Notes under the pieces: generated by a model
What the model saw: only the letters and a program-made list of their open reading frames with translations
Told to the model about the DNA's origin: nothing
Databases searched by the model: none
Shown: piece by piece, positions 34,845 through 46,919 of the stretch
Position numbering within the stretch: the first letter of the stretch is position 1
How the letters are laid out: each line of letters starts with the position of its first letter
Translations under genes and position numbers: made by a program
From: Anthoceros angustus
Taxonomy: Eukaryota > Plantae > Anthocerotophyta
Reading direction: 5' to 3'
Assembly: GCA_010909165.1 (NCBI GenBank)
Contig: MU008177.1
Coordinates: forward strand, 310,001-374,000
DNA: 64,000 nucleotides

Positions 34845-37800
34845 ATGAGGAGAAGGAGCAGTCTCGGAGGGCACCTGGTGATTCCGATCCGACGCAGTTC
34901 GTGGAGCAGGCATCTGTCGTCGTTGCGGCCTGTGAGAGAGGGGCAGAGATCTGGTGAGCTTCTAGAAGCGGGCCTGCTGCTGCTGTTTGGATTACCGTTC
35001 GAGGTTGGCAGCTGACACGCTCTTAAGATTTCTTAAGTTTAGCTGGCTTGCAGTGGATTCAAGGACACGGCAGGAATTGTTTCTGGCCGGTGCTTCAAAA
35101 TGGCAGGTGATCGCTTTTTTATGGCTCATGCTTGGTCAGATGTTGATATGGCAAGTTGGTGAGTGGGGCACTGATTTTTAGTAATGGATGTATACCAGGA
35201 GAGCACAACAACGAGGGAAGACTTGTGGGTTAAGGACTCACAGTTTGCGAGGGTAGGAGGGCAATTCGGTGCTCCTCATCATCCCGAGTGTGAGCATTTG
35301 GTGGGTGCAGCACAGCTACAAAACTCTGGACCTAGGCCAGGTGAGTTTCTGCATCTCCTTCATGGCTTCAACCTTTCCAACTGGGGGTAACAGGTATGAA
35401 ACTGTGAGGTTCTTATGGTTATAGTTGGCTTCCAGTGGAGGTAACTCTGCGGCAGGCGTTGTGGGACAAGTTTTTGACGGATCCATCGCAGTTGTGGAAC
35501 AACAAGGAGAACAAGGTAGTCATTCTTTGCGTAGGTAGTCCCTGGTTGTGTAATTGCTTTGAATGATCCATGGTGTCTTCTAGCGATTAAATTAAACAGC
35601 GAAGAACTGCAGGCAACTCTCGGATTCAGGCACAGCTCAAGGACAGAAGCCTTGTGGGCTGACTTACAATGCAATGGAAAGACACGGGCAGTGGAGAGTG
35701 TGGATGGATTTAGGGCTTCTTACCAGCACGGTTTCGACCGTGATACTGTCCAAGAGGAGTTTGGAAGGTGTGTGCTTCTTTCGACCGTCTTCTTGTGCAC
35801 CATTCGGAGGTCGCACCATGCTATCTTGTTCTGATATCCCCATTTTGCAGGGCACATGATGAAGGGCCTGTGTTGCTGGGAGGGCATTACCGATTATGTG
35901 AAGAAGGACATCTTGGTGAGACTTTTACAGCCTTGGACCTCATGGTGCAGAAGGGATATTATGTCCCCGCATCTCTCTTCTATCCAATCCTCAAGAAGTG
36001 CACGGCCCAGAAAGACGGGGTTGTCGGGAGGCGTGTTCATGCTCTTATTCGGAAATGTGGCTGCGAGTTGAGCAAATTCCTGGCCAACCACATTATTCGC
36101 ATGTATGCTTCTGAGGGGAATTTGCAGGAAGCATTGCAGGTCTTCTCCAAGCAGGCTTCACCAGATGCCTTCGTGTGGCTCTCCATCATCTCAGCACATG
36201 CCGAATGTGGCCAGCCTGCCAAGGCTTTAGAACTCTATCAACAGATGCTACACTCGGGTGTGAAACCGAACAGCTACATTTTTGTGGCAGCTCTGAAAGC
36301 ATGTGCTAGTGCAGCAGACTTGGAATCCGGCAAGCGAGTCCATGCAGATGTTATGGAGAGCGCATATGTGCCAGACATATTCGTCGGTAACTGTTTGGTG
36401 GACATGTATGCAAAGTGCGGCAGCTTACGTGACGCACGCAGAGTCTTTGATAGTCTGGGGACGAAGAATGTGGTGACCTGGACTGCTATGCTCTCAGCGT
36501 ATGTCCAGCATGGGCTTGGTCAAGAAGCTCTTACTCTCTATGCAGGCATGCAACAGGAGGGCATCACTCCAGCTAACCACGTCACATTCGTGTGCCTCCT
36601 GAAAGCGTGCGCGAGTGTGGCAGCTCTACCCCAGGGCCAGGCTGTTCACCGTGAGATTCAGGAAAGGGGACTGGACACTGATGTGGTCATTGGGAGCAGC
36701 TTGATCGACATGTACGCGAAGTGTGGGAGCTTAGTGGATGCTCGCAAAGTATTTGACAATCTGCAGACGAAGAATGTTGTGTCGTGGACCATAATGATCG
36801 GAGCGTATGTTCAGCAGGGCCTCAGCCAGGAAGCCCTCACTCTTTACTGGACTATGCAGCAGGAAGGCATCACCCTGGCAGACAGAGTCACATTCCTCTG
36901 CCTCCTGAAAGCGTGTGCTAGTGTGAAAGCTTTACGGGAGGGCAAGCAGCTACACTCCCACATTCGGGAAAGAAGACTGGACAGTGATGTGGTTGTGGGC
37001 AACTGCCTGGTGGACATGTATGCAAAATGCGGCAGTCTGGAGGATGCACGCAGGGTCTTTGACAATCTCCCCAGAAAGGACGTGGTAACATGGACCGCCA
37101 TGGTTCAGGGCTATGCTGACCACGGTTTCGGCACGGAAGCCCTGGCCCTGTACGCCAGCATGCAACAGGAAGGCATCACTCCAGCCAACCACGTGACATT
37201 CGTCTGCCTCCTCAAGGCATGTGCCGCTGTCGGGGCGTTGCACCAGGGCAGGCAGCTCCACAAGCAGATCCAGGAACGAGGGCTGGAATCGGATGTGGCT
37301 GTGGGCAACAGCCTGGTAGACATGTATGCAAAATGCGGGAGCCTAGACGACGCTCACAAGCTATTCGACCTCCTCCCCACAAGAGACGTGGTGTCATGGA
37401 CAGCCCTCCTCAACGGCTACGCCCAGCACAACGACAGTCACATGGCCGTGCAGTGCTTCCGCGAAATGCAGCAGCAGAGAGTGAAGCCCGACGGCAACAC
37501 ATTCATCTGCCTCCTCTCAGCCTGCTGCCACGACGGCCTGGTAGAGCAAGGCCGGGAGTGCTTCACCGCCATGTCAGAGCAGCACGGCATCGAGCCCAGC
37601 GCCCATCACCTGACGTGCATGGTGGATCTGCTGGGGCGGGCAGGCCACCTGGAGGAGGCGGAAACCATGCTGCTCCGGACATCGCCATACCAGAACGACG
37701 TGGTGGGCTGGCGCTCTCTGCTCAGCTCCTGCAAAACCCACAACGACATTGCCCGGGCCAGGCGCTGCTTCGACCATCTCATCCAACAAGATCCGCAAAA

Positions 37801-38272
37801 CGCAGTCGCGTACGTGCTCCTGGCAAGCATGTACTCCTCTGCCGGCATGCGGGAGGAAGCCCGGCAGGTGGAAGCCCTCAGAATCGCCGCAGGCGCTTGC
37901 AAAAAGCCTGCCAAGGCCTGGATCGAGATCGATTCCAGCACCCACACGTTCGTGGTGGGCGACGGGAAGGACCACATCTCATCCAAGCTCCGGAGCGTGA
38001 ATGCCCAGATGCAGGAAGGAGAGGCGGAATCTCCTTCTCCCCGGGAAGATGCTCTCTGCGGGCACGCGGAGAAGCTGGCCCTGGCCTACGGTCTTCTCAA
38101 CACCCCCGATGGCGCTACTCTTCTGGTCACCAAGAATCTGCGCATGTGTGACGACTGTCACCGCGGGACAAAAGCCATGTCCCGCATCGAGAAGCGAGAA
38201 ATCATCGTCCGGGACGCCCACCGCGTGCACCATTTCGTGGACGGATTCTGCTCCTGCAGCGACCGCCATTGA
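34845..38272 (+). CDS. PLS-class PPR protein with E1-E2 and DYW:KP-type domain ending in DRH; candidate organellar U-to-C RNA editing factor
   Basis: About 16 P/L/S motifs, KKPAKAWIE in place of the PG box, HAEKLA and CDDCH zinc motifs, and terminal FCSCSDRH. Proposed exons are 34845-34953, 35584-35767 and 35851-38272 (phases compatible); the 5-prime exons are less certain. Confidence 0.9.
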
Positions 38273-39937
38273 AGCTTGCGCTGAAGCTGCTCGGCCCGAA
38301 ACGGGCTGCCCTGCCTATTCCATTATTCCTTGCTTGTCGCGCACCCCTGACGGGCGACCGCCGGTCGCACGGCCCTGAATATTCTGCTGCTGTCGTCTTA
38401 AGGGAAAGCAAAAGCCTGCGGGAAGTCGGAGAAATGACAAAAAATGTTGCGAGGTGCTCACCTAACTAATGGCCGGGCCCCTCCCCGGCGTAACCGGGCT
38501 TCAGTGTAAAAATCTGTTACCGCACACGGGGTCGGCTTTTCTTTTTCTGCCGAAGTCCGTACAGCGATGTTATTGGCGTAGCCTTCTTTCGCGGCGTCTT
38601 TCCCTTGCCGAGCCCCACTTGCGGGACGACGGGGGCGATACGCGGATTTTGAAATTGGGAAAAGGTGGAGAGCGGTGGTTTAGTGGTGATCGCGTCGGCC
38701 GTTCCGTTTTGCGTTGACTAGCTTTGAAAGGGCGGAAAGATATCTTTCCGTGTGGCCTCCTCCTTCCTTTTGCCTCGGGCCATCTCTATCCCTGCAACAG
38801 CCTTTCAAATTTCTGCCAAATTGGTAGAGGCTGCCACGCGCGATGCTGCTGGCGATTGCTGCTGCCGCTGCCGCTGCCCGCGCGCCCGGTTGATCAGGCC
38901 AGATTTGTGTCCGAGCTGCGAGCTCCGCTGCTGTCGGGAGGGCGGCTGGGGCCTGCTGCCCGCGGAGCCTGCAAGCGGCAGCTCTGCTGTCGGGAGGAGG
39001 AGGAGGAGAAGGGAAGGGAAGGGAAGGCAGGGGAAGGGGAAGGGAAAGGGAAAGGAAGGGCGCACTCGCCTCGGAGCTCCCGATTCGGATTGCCCCGGGC
39101 CCGGGCCCGGCACCCGCTCCTGCTGCGGATTGCGGATGGGATTGCTGCGCCCCGCGATCCTGCTCTCCCGGATCACGGCGCATTGCGGGAGCCTGCTGCT
39201 GTGACCGCAATTGCCCGCCCCCTACTGTGCGCTACAGCGTTGCGGCAATTGCGCCTCCGGGCCCGGGGTGGAGGTTTGCTGACGCTTGCTCGCCTGCCTG
39301 CCCTACTGCAGCAGCGGGTTGCGTGTGGAGCGTGGGAGTGGCTGCCGCTGCGCCCCGAGATGCTGGACGGGGCAATGAGCTGAAGGTTTTGTTTTTGTGC
39401 TTTAGGACGCAATTCTTGGAGGTGTTAGTGGAAGAATTGGAGTGTGGTGTGGTGTGGTGTGGCGTGGTGTGGTGTGGTGTGGTGAAGTGAACTGGTGCGG
39501 TCGTGGAGTGTGGAGTCGAGATCGGTTAGGTGGTAGCCGTGTGCTGATGGAGGCGTGTGGTAACGTTATTCTGCGTGCAGGTGGAGGGGGAATGAGAAGC
39601 ATGGTGCGGGGGCAGATGCTGCACCGGGCTTGGTGGGAATGGAGTGTGGCAGAGACTTAGGGCACGCAGGCCAGATGCGTTGGGAAGGAGTAGGTTTTGG
39701 AGGGATGGAGATGTTGTTGGACGATTGCTCTCACCAGAGGAACAAGGTTGGTTGTGTGATTCGGTTCGGGTCTGCAAGATGTGGTTTGGAGGTTGGATCT
39801 GGGGTTTGATTGCAATTGCTTGGCTTGTTCAGGGATATGTGGGATTATGATCCGAGGAGGTCTCTGAGGCACATCAAGAGAGGGAGGAGTGGGGAGGGTA
39901 GGGCAGTTTACAGGTGTCGTGAGCGGGAGGAGAAAAT

Positions 39938-41335
39938 ATGATCAGCTCTCTTCTCCGGATTGACGCTTTGCCTGCTGCTGTGTCTCCTCGTCAACTGTTG
40001 CATTCTGGAGAGTATCACCCCACCCCATCTGCCGCTTCAGGGACGGAGTCTGACGCAGGGAGGGCACCTGACAGAGCTTACCAGGACGTGTCTAAAGTGA
40101 ACCTTCTGGGCTGTGGTCCAGGAGAGGCCTCGTTTTTGATGTCGACGTCTCTCATTGTTCCCGGGCAGAGTCCTCCGTCGCCAGACGTCAAGCTTTTAGA
40201 GAATGGGACCACGGGGGCTCTGGCTGAAGCAGATGGTGATGTTGAGAAGCGGGAGAGGGAGCACAAGAAGAGGTCCAAGAACTGGACGCGCCCCGAAACT
40301 TTGAAGCTGATACGACTTCGGACGGACCTGGAGCCCCGGTTTGCCAAGAGTGGGAGGAAGACGGAGCTTTGGGATGAGATAGCAGAGGGGTTGCAAAAGG
40401 AAAGGATCACCAGAGATGCCCAGCAGTGCAGGGATAAGTGGGAAAAGCTGACCGCAGGCTACAAGGAGGTCAGAGATGGCATGAAAGAGCGGGAGGACAA
40501 TCCTTTTTATGATGAACTTCACCCGCTGCTGTCGGGGAAGTCGATCAAGCGGGAAAGAGACAAGGACAAGGAATCGTATGCCAGAGAGAAGGATGGGATG
40601 GTAAAAGAGCTAGGGAAAGAGACTGTTCGAGACGATTTGGCAAGGGAACCGGAGAGGGAAGGGGAATATAATGGCACCAGCAAGGATGACACCAAGGATG
40701 ACGATGATGACGACACCGAGGACAGGGCTCCTGCAAAGAAAAAGAAAAAGGGTATGAAATATATCGCTGTAACGGATGTTGGTGCTGTGCAGCAATTACT
40801 CGAGTCGGTCATGTCCCACCAACAGAGGTTCTTTAAAGATTTACTGGATACTATAGAGAGAAAGGACCTTTTGCGTCAGGAGAAAGAAGACAAGTGGAGA
40901 GCAGAGGAGAGAACTCAAAGAGGCATTTTCAACAATGCCATGCTCCTCTTGACACAGAAGCTCGTTGGAGAAGCGCTTGGACCGGCTGCTGGGACTGCTT
41001 TGGGTGTCCCTGCTGTAAGCAGCCCAGAAGGACCTCAAGGACCTAAGAAACGATCAAAGAATTGGAAACGCACAGAGGTCCTGCAACTTATAAAGCTTAG
41101 AGGGGAGATGGAGAGCCGGTTTGCAAAATCCACCAGAAGAGCAGCTCTTTGGGATGAGCTGGCAGAGTCTCTCGCGTCCCAGGGAATCAAGCGGGATGGG
41201 AAGCAGTGCCGCGAGAAATGGGACAAGCTCATGGCAGAATATAAGGATGTAACAGACGGTAAACGAGAGCAAGGAGAAAGCCCTTACTTTGCTGAGCTGA
41301 CTGTAGTCATGGGACGTCCTGCAGAGGCTGGATAG
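39938..41335 (+). CDS. Trihelix transcription factor with two trihelix (Myb/SANT-like) domains, GT-2-like
   Basis: KKRSKNWTRPETLKLIRLRTDLEPRF...LWDEIA...QCRDKWEKL and KKRSKNWKRTEVLQLIKLRGEM...QCREKWDKL, with a central coiled coil; intact 465-aa ORF. Confidence 0.92.
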   Translation: MISSLLRIDALPAAVSPRQLLHSGEYHPTPSAASGTESDAGRAPDRAYQDVSKVNLLGCGPGEASFLMSTSLIVPGQSPPSPDVKLLENGTTGALAEADGDVEKREREHKKRSKNWTRPETLKLIRLRTDLEPRFAKSGRKTELWDEIAEGLQKERITRDAQQCRDKWEKLTAGYKEVRDGMKEREDNPFYDELHPLLSGKSIKRERDKDKESYAREKDGMVKELGKETVRDDLAREPEREGEYNGTSKDDTKDDDDDDTEDRAPAKKKKKGMKYIAVTDVGAVQQLLESVMSHQQRFFKDLLDTIERKDLLRQEKEDKWRAEERTQRGIFNNAMLLLTQKLVGEALGPAAGTALGVPAVSSPEGPQGPKKRSKNWKRTEVLQLIKLRGEMESRFAKSTRRAALWDELAESLASQGIKRDGKQCREKWDKLMAEYKDVTDGKREQGESPYFAELTVVMGRPAEAG

Positions 41336-42429
41336 TACATATCTTCAAGAACCTGGCAAGTGAGGAGCGAAGACAACAATGAGGGCATATGTTTGTCGAG
41401 TGTATTTATGTATGAATATGACGAGCTGAAGCATTTATATGGGTGAACGTATATATCTCTCCCAGTGGCTGTGCTGGATGCAGCTTATATTTTCGACTTC
41501 CAGCTAGATTGTACAGACTAACCACATCGTTATCCAGTATCAAATACTGTTTGTAATCGTATGCGGATGTACAGGAGGTGAGGGAGTTCGATGACTCTTG
41601 GGTTAACCTCCACACTGGGTAAGCCGCAGTGATTTGGTAGTTTGCTATTTGCTCTTCAACACTGATTATTCTTCAGCTGCAACTGTGTGCATTCACTGAC
41701 CGCTAGCCGTTCTTCTGCAGCCTGCAGCAGCAAAGGGTGACTTATTCAGCCTTTCACAGAGGAGCGGGATTCCCTTCATGTCTGCTGTCCTGTGGCGTCA
41801 CAACGAAGTTTATGGAGTCTCACCTGTATAGTGTACGTCTGATCAATATGTTCCTTCCACTTAGGTGGTCCGACTTCCATTGTTAGGCATCCATCAGCCC
41901 ATTGTTGTATCCATTTTAAGAGTACTGTAAACTAAGCGCAGTCTCGGGTTTTCAGGCCACCGGCATGGTAGCCAGTATTAGAACCGCTTGTATCCTATAC
42001 GTTGGATAAGCGCAAGATTCCACTAGATATATTCTCTGAACTAGATACTTTGAAATGTTTAACACACCGATACGAACATTACACCCTGCAGATATTGGAG
42101 CTTGATAAGGGAGTCCAATTGCATGAACTGTGCCATAGGATCCATGGAGTAAGAATATGTCCAAGCTTGTGGATTGTCAAATTTCTTCCCAGACTCCATG
42201 AGAACTCATTCTTTTCCCTCTCCATGGGATTTACGAGGCATTGCGGAGAACAGCTCACGCGATGTTCAAGTCCAATACTATAATTATCAGTCGAATACTA
42301 TGATTATCAAAGAGCAGCCTGTGCCTTGTCCCGAGTCTGACATCATGGTCATCTTCAACGCACTTTCCCGTTGGCCGGACAGCTTGGGCAATTCATTTTT
42401 CAGTAGGGCGGTCTCTCCTCTAGCAGATT

Positions 42430-42960
42430 AAACTATGTTATTGGTGATGTCGAGCTTCTTTCATATATTTCCAACCTGAGCACCATCGACTTGGTCGGTC
42501 TGTGTGGAGTCTGATCATGGTCCTGACTATTTTGATCTTAGTACCTTTTCCGCCTCCCTCCTCCCCTTTATTCCACAAATGGTCTCTCCACCAGCATTAC
42601 CTTCTCCCTTGAACTTGCTCCCCAATTCTCCTACAGACTCAATTCTTCCCTATAGCTTCCATCCTTCTGACCTCTTCTATCTTTCTCAGGTTGCTCGCTC
42701 TATTTTTCCTTTCAAATTCTACCATCCTTCCCACAAAAATCAGGCCCCTTGCCATCCCTGGTTTGATGCCAACTATAAGCGCATGCGCTCTCAATTTTGT
42801 CTTACCTTGGGCAAGCTTCACCTTCCCCTGGGTCTCATCATTCCCCCCTCTACAAAGCCACTATCAAACCTTATAAAACTTTCCTTTCCATGAAAAAGTC
42901 TCAATTCCTCTATGACAGTTCCTGTCTCTCTAGTTCATACATATGTATGTGTACGTAATG
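42430..42960 (+). mobile_element. Degenerate LINE-like ORF2 fragment
   Basis: SDH motif typical of the end of the APE endonuclease (VESDHGP) and a downstream PWFD..KRMR motif. Confidence 0.35.
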
Positions 42961-44016
42961 TTTCACCTCTTTTTATGCTGCACTATCTCTGTCCCATGAT
43001 GGTCCTTCCATCCTAAGTGGACATAAATCAAGTTGTTGTTGTTATTGTTGTTGGATTGTGGTATCTTAATACCCTCCCACATAGACATAGTGGTTTGATT
43101 CCCCCACTGCGCATTTTAGTAGTACCTATGTGGTATGCTTGTGTTTTCCTTTCTATTTTGAAGTTTTTTTCTTTGAAGTAAAGCTTTATTAAGAAAATAT
43201 TTGGTGACTTTAGGGATGGAGCTTAGTTAAAAAATTAACATATATTTTATATATACATAGAAAAAATACAAAAACACTTGTATGTCCATTGAGTCGGACT
43301 CCCGCAACTTTAGAGGTGAAGCTTAGTTGAAGAAAAAACATATATTTCACATATATATCAAACATATACAGAAACACTTGTATGCCCACTAAGCCGGACT
43401 CCTACGCTCACGGGCATGTCGGGTGAACTCCCTTGAGTAAACTTTTGAGGTATGTAATTAAAGTGAATTGAGGTTTGCATTAATCACACTAAAGTTCATA
43501 CAAACTTCATTCGTCTTGCTTAGGACATTGCCACTGTATATGACATTGTCGGGGTAGTTGGTGACTTTAAGGATGGAGCTTATCACGACCTTTGGTGATC
43601 TACTATCATGTTGTTAGTTCCACTTTACTTATAGTGTGTATCGCTAGTCACCATCCCTTCACATCCTCATTCTCCATTTTTCATTAAATAGAGTACGAAG
43701 GATTAGTTATCAGATAATAGGTCAAGCTTTGGTTATGCTTATTCTCTAGAATGTCTACTTCTTCTCTCCCCCCTTTACTAAATTAGAGTACTCGCAATAC
43801 TAGTGCAACGTATTACAATTAGGAGTGTCTCCCTATGCTGCATAGGTGTAGAGTGCCAAATCTGTTCCAAATCTGATGTTCATAACCCTGACAGCTTGTC
43901 TTATGCTTGTTTTTTTTTTGGGGATCGTTACTTTTTAGTAGGGATAGGAAGGAGTTAGCCAATAAGACCATTTTTGGTGAGATTGCACTTAGAGTGCAAT
44001 CCCTAGACCCTCGGTC

Positions 44017-45420
44017 TGTTGGGGGCTAAAGAGGTCCGGTGGGTGCTGGGCTAGTCCACCGAGATTGGGTGATCCGGCAATAGGAAAATATGGTATGCTA
44101 AAGGAAGGCTTGCCGGAGTAAGTCCATTGAAGATCCCTCGACGGAGTTGGTTTGGCCAGGCGGCGTAGTCTGGCAACGGATCTTCTGCTTGGGGATGGTC
44201 CAGCTGGGCGGACGGCGTATTCCGGTAACGGATCTGCAACTAGGCGGGATGGTCCAGCCGGGCGGCGTAGTCCGGTAACGGATCTGCAACTAGGCGGGAT
44301 GGTCCAGCCGGGCGGCGTAGTCCGGTAACGGATCTGCCCCTGGCGGGGGGGCGGCCGGTGGAAGAAGTCCGGCGGAATGATGAGTTACGGCCTGGCGGTT
44401 GCAAGGACCTAGGGTTAGGATACATATATATGCGGGTTAGATTAGGGTATGGGGGGTATATAAGGAGGTTTGGGCGCCCAAGAAGAACAAGAAGTATTTT
44501 ATTGAAGTCCACTAAGGACGGATTTCCGTCGAGGGAAATCCGTCCAAGACCAGAGACTATCCCTAGTGCCAACTTCACGCTCTGTGTGCTCTTGCCCTCC
44601 TGTGCTCGAGGAGCGGAGTATGTTCTTGCGGCACCTTGCAGGATTAATTGGTAGTAGGGGGATGTGTCGAGAGCTCTGGTGATGAGCTCCGCTAACACGC
44701 TTGGCGGGTGCAAACTGGGGTCGAGCTGGAGCTCAAGTGGTGCTTGAGGGAGATCCCTCGGCGCGAAGCCAACCTTGGAGGCTGTTGGAACGGAGGCCAT
44801 GGGGTGGTAGGCTGCGAAGCCACTACCCCGCGGAACGTGAGCAGTCGAAATGATCAGGAAGCGCTTGGGGGTGATCTCTCCGTGCGAAAGCCATCCCTCG
44901 AGGCTACTGGGGTGGAGGCCATGGGGTTATAGGCTGAGAAGCCACTACCTCACAGAAAGCAAAGCATTCTGAAGGAGCAAAGTCGGTTTGGTGTGAATAC
45001 ATCGGTGTGTTGGTGTTCCGAATACTAGCTGTGGGTGAGTAAAGAGGAAGGGAAGACGGCGTTGCGGCCTGTGCGTTGCGTTGGGTTGCTAATACATGGA
45101 GTCGAGAGTTTGTGAGGTGAAAGAGGCGGAGCTAGGGAGGTATGTGCGCCGAGGCGCTAGGGTACGGAGACTGACAAAGGAACGAATCGCTAAGCCTGTT
45201 CCGGTCCGCCGGACCTTAAACAGTGTTTTGAGATACCCTGAGCGGAGCTTTGTGGAAGGTCCGGTGGGTTGTGTATTTGGTCCATTGAGTTGTTGTGTGG
45301 CACACGCGTCGGCTCTGCGGCTTTCGTCGGACCCAACCCAATTAAGTCCGTTCAGGCGACAAGTGGTGGAGTTAGGGCAGAATAAGCACGATTCTATTCC
45401 CTGTGGAACGAACCACAACA
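44017..45420 (+). mobile_element. Solo-LTR-like sequence (~1.4 kb) with 50-bp tandem repeats and TATA-like box
   Basis: TGTTG at 44017 and CAACA ending at 45420; 50-bp units (tccggtaacg at 44221, 44271, 44321; variant at 44169); tatataagg near 44455. The flanking 5-mers (cggtc / ctaca) do not match, so there is no TSD support. Confidence 0.5.
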
Positions 45421-46529
45421 CTACATCGACAATGGGTAATAAGTGTGCACCCTACTAGTCCGCTACCAAAAGTTGCCCCACAATTAAGGAACAAGTAAGG
45501 TCCATCAACAAAGGAAGATCACCAAAGGTCGCGATAAGCTCCATCGACTAAGGAACAAGTAAGGTCCATCAACAAAAAACCATGACCATCTTCTCTTGGT
45601 GGTGCTAATTGCATAAATTTTTCATGTAGAACTCAATGTAGTTCTTTAAAGACATGAATCAAACAAAACAGTATGATCATCTTCTCATATTTGTACTAAT
45701 TTTATAAATGATTAATATAGACTTCAATACAATTCTCTTGGATGTCTCAATTTATTCACACAACTTTTCATTAATTATTAAGAGAAGCAATACAATAACG
45801 TCACCTATGAAATGTATAACCTATAAAAACTCCATCTATGTTCCATGATGGGAAATAAATTATATAGGATCTTGCATGATAACGAGTAGAATAATGATCC
45901 TTTATCTCTCATTTCTTATAAGTTCCAGCTCAATATGACCTTTAAGGCCCTCTATTACTAAAAGCAATATGGTAGATGAGTTTATCTATCTTGTATGTCT
46001 CCGATAAAATGCCATTGATTTTGTAAGTTACTTTAGAAAAGAACAGCCCTATATTACAATTTTGCATAAATAAACTTGTGATACATTCCTCAATATTATA
46101 AGATTGCTTAGAAATTGTTAGGAGCGCCCTATCAAGCTACAAAGACCTTCAAGAAAAGAAGAAGAAGAAGAAGAGGAAGAAGAATTATATTTAAGCCCTC
46201 ATGGATCCGTCCCACAACTTCGGAGCGCGCCCATTTCCCGTTTTCCATGCATGAGTTCATTGCACTGAGTATTCAATATTGAATTGAGCATGAGTTTAGA
46301 GAGCGCAAGATTATTACGCTCAATATTCAATATTGAATTTAACGTGATTCTAAGGCGTGCCAAATTTCCTGTGAGTCTGATCAATGTGCTTTGAATTCAT
46401 TATTTAGTTTTCAATTACAATATAAGTTTAAGATATATTTTACTCTAGTTAGTACAACAAATATGCTTTGCATTAAGTATTTAATTTTCAATTAAAATAT
46501 AAGTTTAAGATATATTCGAGTCTAGTTAG

Positions 46530-46919
46530 TTAAAACTGAAATTTTTCATAACGAATATAACAATTTTCTGCTTGGATCTCAACCCCAACTTTCATTGGGC
46601 ATTGGAGATCAATAATAATTTCAATTCCCTTTAAGCAATCTTTACATTCAATTACAGTATCTGTTTTACAAAATGATTGAAAATATACTATGGGTGTAAA
46701 AGTACCTTCTGCCATGGCCTTGGATTTGAGACCCTCATCTTCGTACATTAGAGGATAATCAGCATAAAAATAAATCTTTGCTAAGGCAGCGGTAATAGCT
46801 TTTTGATAATCTGAATTAATTAAATATGCTTCCGCACTACATCTATATGTTTGTACTGCTTCATTTCCTTTTAAGCAAGATAATATAATAAAAATATCAA
46901 AAATATTAAAATATTTCAT
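46530..46919 (-). CDS. Secreted single-DUF26 (Gnk2/ginkbilobin-2-like) cysteine-rich protein
   Basis: Hydrophobic N-terminal signal-like peptide and a six-Cys mature pattern C...FCKTDTVIECKDCL...QCPMKVGVEIQAENCYIRYEKFQF, which parallels the Gnk2 C-x8-C-x2-C...C...C-F/Y-I-x-YE pattern; intact intronless ORF. Confidence 0.8.
   Translation of the reverse strand: MKYFNIFDIFIILSCLKGNEAVQTYRCSAEAYLINSDYQKAITAALAKIYFYADYPLMYEDEGLKSKAMAEGTFTPIVYFQSFCKTDTVIECKDCLKGIEIIIDLQCPMKVGVEIQAENCYIRYEKFQF

Noticed and set aside
37219-38151. 310-aa alternative-frame ORF and other ORFs overlapping PPR genes
   Set aside because: Expected shadow ORFs in GC-rich coding sequence with strong codon bias.
38680-39412. 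Several 120-220 aa ORFs upstream of the trihelix gene
   Set aside because: GC-rich, low-complexity leader/promoter sequence, mostly with non-ATG starts; no recognisable domains.
43981-44006. Hairpin GATTGCAC-TTAGA-GTGCAATC followed by CTAG as a Helitron 3-prime end
   Set aside because: The hairpin-to-CTAG spacing is too short and the next base is not T; no 5-prime TC end or Rep/Hel remnants were found.
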